From Idiomarina loihiensis L2TR (GTDB lineage: Bacteria; Pseudomonadota; Gammaproteobacteria; Enterobacterales; Alteromonadaceae), in NCBI RefSeq assembly GCF_000008465.1, contig NC_006512.1:570001-602000 (forward strand): a DNA stretch of 32,000 nucleotides, in the 5' to 3' direction. Both the position numbers and the translations under genes were made by a program. Positions 26,029-32,000 of the stretch are shown here, one piece after another (the stretch's first letter is position 1; each line of letters opens with the position of its first letter). Under the pieces are notes generated by a model. It was not told where the DNA came from and searched no databases. It worked only from the letters and a program-made list of their open reading frames with translations.

Positions 26029-28800
26029 TTGCTGACTATGAATAAAAATGCTTTAAACGCCACGCAATTTTCTGTTTCTACGGTTCTTTTTGCTGCTGTT
26101 TTTGCTTTGGTAACAAGCATGTTTTCAGTAAATGCGGCGGCGCAAGCCATGCCTAGCCAGGAACAGCTTGAGCAATTACAAAGCTTACCGCGTGCACAGC
26201 AAGAGGCGCTGGCGCGTCAGTATGGTATTGACCCTTCAGCAATTGACCAGTTTAATGCTGCCCAGCGCGACGGCGACTCCAGTGCCAAGCAGGAAGTGGA
26301 TGTTGTTAGCGAGCGTTCAGGTAATGGAGACACCGGGCAAACCAGTTCGTCTTTTATGTCGGAAAATTTACAAAAAGAATTTAACCGGGGGCGTTCAGAG
26401 CTGAAGCCTTTTGGTTACGACATATTCTCGGGTGAACCCAATACCTTTGCTCCGGTGGCGCATGCGCCTATTCCTGCAAACTACATAATTAGCGTGGGCG
26501 ATGTTATTCACGTTGAAATGTTTGGTAAGCAGGACGAGAGCTTTAAGCTAACCGTAAACCGTGACGGCAGTATTGTATTACCAGACGTAGGTGAAATGAA
26601 AGTTGCGGGCATGACCTACTCCTTAATGCAGGAAATGATCCACCACGAAGTTCAGGAGCGCTTAATTGGGTATAAGGCGGCAGTAACTATGGGCGAGCTC
26701 CGCTCTATTCAGGTGTTTATTGTGGGCGAAGCCTACAAACCGGGAGCCTACACGGTAAGCTCGCTGGCGACTATAAGCCAGGCCTTGTATGTGGCCGGTG
26801 GCGTTTCAGATATTGCCTCGCTGCGTTCAGTACGTTTAATGCGCGGCGGTAAAGTTGCGTCTGAATTCGACTTATACGACTTACTGCTACAAGGTGACGC
26901 TTCTGCCGACAAAACTCTGAAAAGTGGCGATGTTATTTTTATTCCGGCACGTGGCGACATGGTAGCGGTAAAAGGTGAAGTAAAACGCCCGGCGCTTTAT
27001 GAATTAAAAGGCGATGAAACGCTAGAAGACGCTCTGGAATTTGCCGGTGGCGCAAAAGACTCCGCCTATTTGCAGTCGGCTGAGCTGCGCAGAATAGTAA
27101 AAGGCAAACGCTTAGTCAGTACAGTTGATTTAACTGCAGAAAAAGACTTAAACCGTGAATTAAGCGGTGGTGATGCCTTAACCGTGCGTGAGGTGTCGCA
27201 AGAGTTGGATAATAGTTTGATGGTGGTAGGGGCTGTCACCCGCCCGGGCTATTATGAATGGCAAGACGGTATGCGTATTAATGACATATTGCGCGACGTT
27301 CGCCACGACTTGTTAGAACAGGCCGACTTAGGCTACGGCCTGGTAGTGCGTGAGCAAGGCCCGCGCCGCAACGTAAAAGTTTTACAGTTTGATGTGGCCG
27401 ACGCCATTAATGGTGTAGAAGGTGAGAACCTGCGCTTAAATGAGCGTGATCAGCTGGTAGTTTTCAGCCGTTTTGAAACCAAGGCCGAAGAGCGTGACAG
27501 CCTGTCGCGTTATACTTTGTCAGAACAGGAACGCGAATACCAGCAGCGTCAGCGTCAGTTAGATGCTTATCGCGATGCCTACTTAAATGACGTAGTTAAT
27601 ACAAAACTGGCTGGCTCATCAGAAAGCCCGGACGCCGAGAACGAAGACAAAATTGTGCCTTTGCGCGAGCTGTTTACCGAAAAGCAGGAAGAAGAGCCTA
27701 CAGTGAAGAAAGAGCTGGCTATGTATTCCCGCCAGAACTTACTTGAGCCTATTATGCAACGCATACAGCGTCAGCGCACGGCAACTGGGACCGCGCCTTT
27801 TGTGTCGGTAGCCGGTGAAGTTATGCACCCGGGTATTTACCCTTTAGTTGAAAATGCCACGGCGGAGAAATTGCTGGCCGCAGCCGGTGGCCTGAAAAAT
27901 GGTGCTTACACCGAACAAGCAGAAATTACCCGCTGGGCTATTGGTAAAGATACCGCCAATACTGACTATTTAAAAATAGACTTAGCCGAGGTTATTAATG
28001 GTGAAGTAGACGTACCTTTGCAGGGGCGTGACCGTTTAAATGTACTGAGTATTCCTGAATGGCAAAATACCTATGAAGTGACCTTGCGTGGCGAAGTTCG
28101 CTTTCCGGGGACTTATTCTATTAAACGCGGCGAAACACTGAGCGACGTTATTAAGCGCGCAGGCGGCTTTACCGACCATGCCTTTTTGGAAGGGGTGGTA
28201 TTTACCCGCGAAGAGCTGCAGGAGCAGGAACAAAAGCGTAAAGAAATGCTGGCACAGGAGCTGCAGCGTGAAATTGCCAGTAATATGATTACCGGCACCG
28301 GCGACGCTAACCAGTCTTACGACCAAATGCGCACTTTGCTGGCCGACTTAATGTCGACACCGGCGGTTGGTCGTTTAATTATGGATTTACCCAAAGTGTT
28401 GTCAATGAACGGCAGCCGCGACGTACAGCTAAAAGACGGGGACACACTGCATGTGCCTTCGCGTAGCGACTCTATTAGCATTATGGGCGAAGTGCAAATG
28501 GCCACCTCTTACCGGTTTGATTCTGAGCTTACGGTTGATGACTACATTAGCCGTAGCGGCGGAACAAAAGAAAAGGCCGATACTGACCGTATATATATAG
28601 TAAAAGCCAACGGCGCAATAGAACCTTATAAAGGCGGTAGCAGCTGGTTTGGTTTTGGCGGCGGTACCGACTTAGGCCCGGGTGACGCTATTGTGGTACC
28701 GCTGGATACTACCTATACTGAGAGCTTAGAGTTGTGGTCAGAGATTACTAATATTATTTACAACTCGGCTGTAGCCGTAGCAGCTATCAGTAGTATTTAA
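26029..28800 (+). CDS. Large outer-membrane polysaccharide export (OPX) protein, Wza/OtnA-like with multiple SLBB domains
   Basis: 923 aa; the start is TTG 26029 or ATG 26038. It has a Sec signal (..SMFSVNAAAQA) with no lipobox Cys and a Poly_export-like region (KPFGYDIF..ISVGDVIHVEMFG..RDGSIVLPDVGEMKVAGMT). Six G-E/A-V-x-x-P-G-x-Y beta-grasp repeats follow (IVGEAYKPGAY, VKGEVKRPALY, VVGAVTRPGYY, VAGEVMHPGIY, LRGEVRFPGTY, IMGEVQMATSY). The C-terminus has a hydrophobic helix, ITNIIYNSAVAVAAISSI. Confidence 0.85.
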   Translation: MLTMNKNALNATQFSVSTVLFAAVFALVTSMFSVNAAAQAMPSQEQLEQLQSLPRAQQEALARQYGIDPSAIDQFNAAQRDGDSSAKQEVDVVSERSGNGDTGQTSSSFMSENLQKEFNRGRSELKPFGYDIFSGEPNTFAPVAHAPIPANYIISVGDVIHVEMFGKQDESFKLTVNRDGSIVLPDVGEMKVAGMTYSLMQEMIHHEVQERLIGYKAAVTMGELRSIQVFIVGEAYKPGAYTVSSLATISQALYVAGGVSDIASLRSVRLMRGGKVASEFDLYDLLLQGDASADKTLKSGDVIFIPARGDMVAVKGEVKRPALYELKGDETLEDALEFAGGAKDSAYLQSAELRRIVKGKRLVSTVDLTAEKDLNRELSGGDALTVREVSQELDNSLMVVGAVTRPGYYEWQDGMRINDILRDVRHDLLEQADLGYGLVVREQGPRRNVKVLQFDVADAINGVEGENLRLNERDQLVVFSRFETKAEERDSLSRYTLSEQEREYQQRQRQLDAYRDAYLNDVVNTKLAGSSESPDAENEDKIVPLRELFTEKQEEEPTVKKELAMYSRQNLLEPIMQRIQRQRTATGTAPFVSVAGEVMHPGIYPLVENATAEKLLAAAGGLKNGAYTEQAEITRWAIGKDTANTDYLKIDLAEVINGEVDVPLQGRDRLNVLSIPEWQNTYEVTLRGEVRFPGTYSIKRGETLSDVIKRAGGFTDHAFLEGVVFTREELQEQEQKRKEMLAQELQREIASNMITGTGDANQSYDQMRTLLADLMSTPAVGRLIMDLPKVLSMNGSRDVQLKDGDTLHVPSRSDSISIMGEVQMATSYRFDSELTVDDYISRSGGTKEKADTDRIYIVKANGAIEPYKGGSSWFGFGGGTDLGPGDAIVVPLDTTYTESLELWSEITNIIYNSAVAVAAISSI

Positions 28801-28839
28801 TACTAAGTTGTAAAGAAGTGTTAAAGGCTCAATTACTTG

Positions 28840-28889
28840 AAAAAAATAGAAAAATCTAGTTTGCAATTTGTTGCATAGCAACATACTAT
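28840..28889 (+). promoter_or_regulatory. Predicted sigma70-type promoter for the yjbE-like gene, with an A-tract UP-like element and an inverted repeat in the spacer
   Basis: -35 TTGCAA (28861-28866), exact 17-nt spacer, -10 TACTAT (28884-28889). A-tracts at 28840-28854 fall at about -56 to -42. The inverted repeat TGTTGC-ATA-GCAACA (28869-28883) fills the spacer. Confidence 0.5.
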
Positions 28890-28964
28890 GGAAGTTGCTG
28901 TTAATTAAAATAGTTTTAGTAACAGCGATACATGTATCTATATCTCTGGAGTGAGGTTAACATT

Positions 28965-29261
28965 ATGAAAACATTAGCATTATCAGTAGTTGCTGCGTTA
29001 GGCTTAGCTGCCGCGCCAGCAATGGCACAAGACGGCGCTGCAGGCGCAAACGCTTCTGAAAGCGGCTACGGCGGCTTATCAACTGAAGCTTGGGTATTTG
29101 CAGGTGTTGCAGCAGCAGCAACTGTAGCAGTTGTTTCTGACAGCTCTTCAAACTCAGCTATCGACCCAACTGACCCGACTGATCCGACAGACCCGGATCC
29201 AATCGTTACAGTTACTGGTACAGGCACTAACACCTATACTATTACTATTCCAGGTCAGTAA
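28965..29261 (+). CDS. Small secreted Ala/Gly/Ser/Thr-rich protein, YjbE/GfcA-like
   Basis: 98 aa from ATG 28965, with RBS TGAGG 8 nt upstream; the track's 28932 start adds 11 unlikely residues. It has the signal peptide MKTLALSVVAALGLAAAPAMA/QDG, a second hydrophobic stretch AWVFAGVAAAATVAVV, DPTDPTDPTDPDP, then TVTGTGTNTYTITI. Size, composition and position before a YjbF-like lipoprotein match yjbE/gfcA. Confidence 0.65.
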   Translation: MKTLALSVVAALGLAAAPAMAQDGAAGANASESGYGGLSTEAWVFAGVAAAATVAVVSDSSSNSAIDPTDPTDPTDPDPIVTVTGTGTNTYTITIPGQ

Positions 29262-29287
29262 GTTTTACTGAAGTAAGAATACGTGAC

Positions 29288-29343
29288 CAGTAACCTGAGT
29301 TAAGTGTGAAGAAGCGCTTCTTTGCGTCTTGCTTAGGTTACTG
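29288..29343 (+). promoter_or_regulatory. Nested RNA stem-loop in the yjbE-like 3' region
   Basis: The outer stem pairs CAGTAACCTGAG (29288-29299) with CTTAGGTTACTG (29332-29343), 12 bp including one G-U. It encloses the palindrome AAGAAGC/GCTTCTT (29309-29322). Confidence 0.45.
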
Positions 29344-29347
29344 TGAT

Positions 29348-29376
29348 AAAATACCGCCGAAGGGCGGTATTTTTTT
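29348..29376 (+). terminator. Rho-independent terminator between the yjbE-like and yjbF-like genes
   Basis: ATACCGCC (29351-29358), GAAG loop, GGCGGTAT (29363-29370): a perfect 8-bp GC-rich stem followed by a run of 7 T (29370-29376). AAA precedes it. Confidence 0.8.
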
Positions 29377-29397
29377 GTCCAGCTATTGAGGAAGATC

Positions 29398-30108
29398 ATG
29401 TCTCGTTTGTTGCTGATACCCATTGTTTTATTGCTGTTAAGCGCTTGCACGGCGGTAACAGATGAAGTGCGCGCCACTATAGAATACGCTTTTGAAGGCG
29501 GCGAAGACGCCGAGCTTTCCCAGGAAAAAATAGACTCTTTTCCCTACACCTCACTTTACGCGCAATGGTCCGACAACCCCCGAAGTTTAATTGTACTGGG
29601 TTACGTGAATAAACCCGATGACTGGCATTTTATTACAGCGGAAAAAGAGACTCTGGTATTACGCAATGGCCGGGTTATACGGACTCAGGCTCTTAATAAG
29701 AATCTGCTGGCGGTATCTAATTTAAAAGACGACCCGTTACGCTGCATAGTAACCAGCCAGGCAAACTGCCCAACCCACTGGCGACGGCAGTACGACATTG
29801 AAATGGCTAATAAAGTGGTCAGCCGCGAAGCTTCCTCTGAGTTTTCTGTGCAGGACAAACAAGTATTAAACTTACCCATTGGCCCGGTTAATACCACCTA
29901 CGTGGTTGAAAAAGGGGAGTTTACTCTTAGCGGTCAGGAGTTTGTGAATGAGTTTTGGCTGGAAGACGACGGGCACGTTGTAAAAAGTCGGCAGACGTTA
30001 TTTCCGGGCGGCGATAAATTAACCCTGACTCAGGTTACCTGGATAGGCCGCGATTATTCTGCAAGCCGCAATGCGCGCGAAGAACAACAAGGGCAAGAAG
30101 CGCAATGA
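29398..30108 (+). CDS. Lipoprotein, YjbF/GfcB-like
   Basis: The start is taken at ATG 29398, with RBS GAGGAAG 4 nt upstream; the track gives TTG 29386. MSRLLLIPIVLLLLSAC has a lipobox L-S-A-C. The protein is about 236 aa and sits between the YjbE-like and YjbG-like genes. Confidence 0.7.
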   Translation: MSRLLLIPIVLLLLSACTAVTDEVRATIEYAFEGGEDAELSQEKIDSFPYTSLYAQWSDNPRSLIVLGYVNKPDDWHFITAEKETLVLRNGRVIRTQALNKNLLAVSNLKDDPLRCIVTSQANCPTHWRRQYDIEMANKVVSREASSEFSVQDKQVLNLPIGPVNTTYVVEKGEFTLSGQEFVNEFWLEDDGHVVKSRQTLFPGGDKLTLTQVTWIGRDYSASRNAREEQQGQEAQ

Positions 30109-32000
30109 GAAAACCAATGAAACTGATGCTCCGGAACACGCTACTTATTAGTGCTTTGTTTTCACTGAACGCCGTTGCTCAACAAGCTAAGTATGAATTT
30201 GAAGGCCCGGTGCGGTTGCAGCAAGTACTGAATGACGCTGAAAGCGAAGGCTTGTTAGCCGACGCATACTGGCCTTTAGTGAGGCTGGTTAAAACCGACG
30301 ATAAAGCCGAAATAGAACAACAACGTAACCAGATACTGGCGCAACTGACCGAGCTGGAACAGTATTGGCAGTCGCGCAGAGAAACCGAAAAAGCGCAAAG
30401 CGCCGCATTACTGAAAAGCCAGGTAAAAAGCTGGCAACTGGGTAAACAATTATGGGGGCAAATTAGCATTGAAAATGCCCGTACGGAATTAGCCAGCAAC
30501 CCCTTACTGCCTGCGGGAGAATATAAGCTTTATGTACCTGAACGTCCGGACTCGGTGCACGTATATGGTGTTGTCAGTACCCCTGGTGATTACCGCTATG
30601 CCAGTGGTAAAACCGTAGCCGACTGGCTGAACAGTATAGATGACAGCGAAGGGCTGGGGGCGGCCTATAATAAAAGCCAGGCCGTGCGTATTAGGCAAAA
30701 CCAGCAACAAACAGCGGACTGGGCTTATTATAAACAAAGTGACGCCGAGCTTCTGCCCGGCGACATTCTCTGGTTAGGCTTTGAACCTAACCAGTTGCCG
30801 CCTAAATTTGAAAGTTTAAATGCGGATATTCGTGACTTACTAATGCATTTTGTTGCTAATGAGTCTGAGCGTAATAGCTTAAACCTGCCAGTTCATGAAG
30901 TTGAAAATAACCATGCCACTTCCAGTTGGCATTGGTCACGCAGAGACTTGTCGCCCAGTTATGGTGACTATGGCTCTGTCGGCTTGCTGCAAACGCCTAC
31001 CGCCCGTATGGCCGAAGAAGGGGCTTTGGCTATTACCTACAGCGACATGGAAGAATATCGCCGTTATACGGTAAACCTACAGTTGCTGCCCTGGTTGGAA
31101 ACTACCGCCTTTTATACCGAGTTTCCTAACCGTAAGTACAGTAATGTCCCTGACTTCAGTGGTGACAACGTTTTTGCGGACAAAGGTTTTGATATAAAAG
31201 CCCGTTTATGGGAAGAGAGTTATTGGGTACCGGAAGTGAGTGTGGGCTTTCGTGACTTTGTTGGTACCGGGCTTTTTGATGCCGAGTATATTGTAGCCAA
31301 TAAACGCTTTGGCCCTTTGGATGTGAGCTTAGGTGTAGGTTTTGGTCGCCTGGGTACACGTGATGATTTCACTAACCCCTTTTGCGAGCTGTCTGACGAG
31401 TACTGTGATCGTGAAACAGGTTATGGATCTGGCGGTGGTCAACTGGAGTATGATCGCTGGTTTACCGGTCCTGCTGCCTTATTTGGTGGGGTGGAGTACC
31501 ATACGCCCTGGGAGCCGCTGAGTTTAAAAGTTGAGTACGAAGGCAATGACTATTCTGACGAGCGCGCCGGAGTGCCTATTAAAGTCGACAGTCGCTGGAA
31601 CTTTGGTGCCAATTATCAGGTAACCGACTATTTTGACGTGCAACTGAGTTACGAGCGTGGCAACACCTTTATGTTTAACTTTAGCTTGCGCACTAACTTC
31701 GGCACGCTGAACCAAATAAAGGTAACGCCGGACAAAACCGTACCCACACCGGAAAAACGTAAAGAGTCGTTAGACGATGTGAACTGGTCAGCCATGAACC
31801 TGGCTATGCGTGAGCAGGGGGCTTTTAGTGCGGCGCGTTTTGCCGCAGAAGACGACGAAGTGACCCTATTTGCTTACCACTTGCGGTATCGCGACAGCAG
31901 CGAGGCTTATGACCGGGCTGCACGTATTATGGCGGCCGAGTTACCAGACAGTGTGAAAACCTACAACCTGGTGGATATGACGCTGTTTGATCCGAACGTG
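30105..32000 (+). CDS. Fusion ORF: GfcC/YjbG-like periplasmic domain joined to a YjbH/GfcD-like outer-membrane protein (partial, runs off the 3' end of the window)
   Basis: This ORF is not in the supplied track because it has no stop in the window. My manual translation of the frame starting at ATG 30105 (ATGA overlap with the upstream stop) found no stop through 32000, i.e. 632 codons. Residues 1-250 carry the signal MKLMLRNTLLISALFSLNAVA, GEYKLYVPERPDSVHVYGVVSTPGDY and LLPGDILWLGFEPNQLPPKFESLNADIRDLL (GfcC-like). From about residue 281 come SPSYGDYGSVGLLQTPTARMAEEGAL, LLPWLETT, DKGFDIKARLWEE, GTGLFDAEYIVANK, LFGGVEYHTPWEPLSLKVEYEGN and LSYERGNTFMFNFSLRTNF (YjbH-like). Confidence 0.8.
   Translation, partial: MRKPMKLMLRNTLLISALFSLNAVAQQAKYEFEGPVRLQQVLNDAESEGLLADAYWPLVRLVKTDDKAEIEQQRNQILAQLTELEQYWQSRRETEKAQSAALLKSQVKSWQLGKQLWGQISIENARTELASNPLLPAGEYKLYVPERPDSVHVYGVVSTPGDYRYASGKTVADWLNSIDDSEGLGAAYNKSQAVRIRQNQQQTADWAYYKQSDAELLPGDILWLGFEPNQLPPKFESLNADIRDLLMHFVANESERNSLNLPVHEVENNHATSSWHWSRRDLSPSYGDYGSVGLLQTPTARMAEEGALAITYSDMEEYRRYTVNLQLLPWLETTAFYTEFPNRKYSNVPDFSGDNVFADKGFDIKARLWEESYWVPEVSVGFRDFVGTGLFDAEYIVANKRFGPLDVSLGVGFGRLGTRDDFTNPFCELSDEYCDRETGYGSGGGQLEYDRWFTGPAALFGGVEYHTPWEPLSLKVEYEGNDYSDERAGVPIKVDSRWNFGANYQVTDYFDVQLSYERGNTFMFNFSLRTNFGTLNQIKVTPDKTVPTPEKRKESLDDVNWSAMNLAMREQGAFSAARFAAEDDEVTLFAYHLRYRDSSEAYDRAARIMAAELPDSVKTYNLVDMTLFDPNV

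Noticed and set aside
10433-26404. Same-strand nested ORFs in alternative frames (10433-10636, 14987-15220, 22693-22932, 26132-26404)
   Set aside because: They are embedded in longer ORFs that carry family motifs. The nested translations are Arg/Cys/Ser-rich with no recognisable features.
1987-28505. Other short minus-strand ORFs (60-119 aa) inside + strand genes, e.g. 1987-2169, 5009-5305, 5387-5746, 6788-7090, 8805-9056, 13348-13581, 17714-17950, 24293-24565, 28036-28326
   Set aside because: All sit within or antisense to well-supported + strand genes, have no RBS or motif support, and show the composition typical of antisense frames.
28633-28640. Exact ops-like octamer GGCGGTAG (RfaH recruitment core) on the + strand
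   Set aside because: It lies inside the OPX coding sequence with no surrounding JUMPStart context. One exact 8-mer match is about what chance predicts in 32 kb on two strands. I found no ops-like sequence in the intergenic regions.
7846-29397. Long 5' extensions given by the ORF track for several genes (7846, 13494, 14632, 16480, 17748, 28932, 29386)
   Set aside because: The extensions overlap the preceding gene by up to about 160 nt or add non-homologous residues. Internal ATGs (7888, 13656, 14713, 16498, 17814, 28965, 29398) fall 0-55 nt after the upstream stop, several with visible RBS, and coincide with the conserved N-termini.
30179-31715. Minus-strand ORFs in the track (30179-30499, 30504-30737, 31156-31359, 31524-31715), the only ORFs listed for the last 1.9 kb
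   Set aside because: They lie antisense to a continuous + strand frame with clear GfcC/YjbH-family motifs. Their products are Cys/Ser/Leu-rich with no recognisable motifs. They are shadow ORFs.Note that the track omits the real gene only because it has no stop in the window.
1-32000. Search by eye for tRNA/rRNA genes, CRISPR repeat-spacer arrays, integrases, toxin-antitoxin pairs or defence-system genes
   Set aside because: None were found. Coding density on the + strand is near-continuous with polysaccharide pathway genes, and the few gaps are short and non-repetitive.

Overview
Every gene I can support is on the + strand. The window is one long surface-polysaccharide (O-antigen/capsule type) biosynthesis and export locus from a Gram-negative bacterium, probably a marine gammaproteobacterium; that origin is inferred only from protein families and composition. 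Gene order: the 3' end of a Wzz-type co-polymerase; an MsbA/PglK-like ABC half-transporter; rfbB-rfbA; an ECA-like dTDP-4-amino-4,6-dideoxyhexose block (LbH acyltransferase, FabG-like SDR, WecE-type transaminase, a very AT-rich WecF-like ORF); an LbH O-acetyltransferase; a complete seven-gene legionaminic-acid-type nonulosonate module (4,6-dehydratase, aminotransferase, NeuC, NeuB, NeuD/PglD-type acetyltransferase, CBS-nucleotidyltransferase, CMP-synthetase) followed by a candidate sialyltransferase-like ORF; a TviB-type HexNAc 6-dehydrogenase; a GT2; a 508-bp non-coding gap; a GT4; GalE; an EpsG/Wzy-like polymerase; another GT; an SDR epimerase/reductase; a small PglC-type initiating phosphoglycosyltransferase; and a UDP-glucuronate-4-epimerase-like SDR. 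The 3' end is the most unusual part. It holds a 923-aa multi-SLBB Wza-like exporter, then a yjbEFGH/gfcABCD-like module. That module has a small secreted Ala/Gly/Thr-rich protein with its own strong-looking promoter, a structured 3' region and an intrinsic terminator, then a lipoprotein. Its YjbG/GfcC-like and YjbH/GfcD-like parts are encoded as one uninterrupted ORF that runs off the window and is missing from the supplied ORF track. Composition is strongly mosaic, with very AT-rich glycosyltransferase/polymerase blocks between GC-richer conserved modules. I saw no rRNA, tRNA, CRISPR array or intact mobile element. All homology statements come from my memory of motifs and reference sequences, not from a search.
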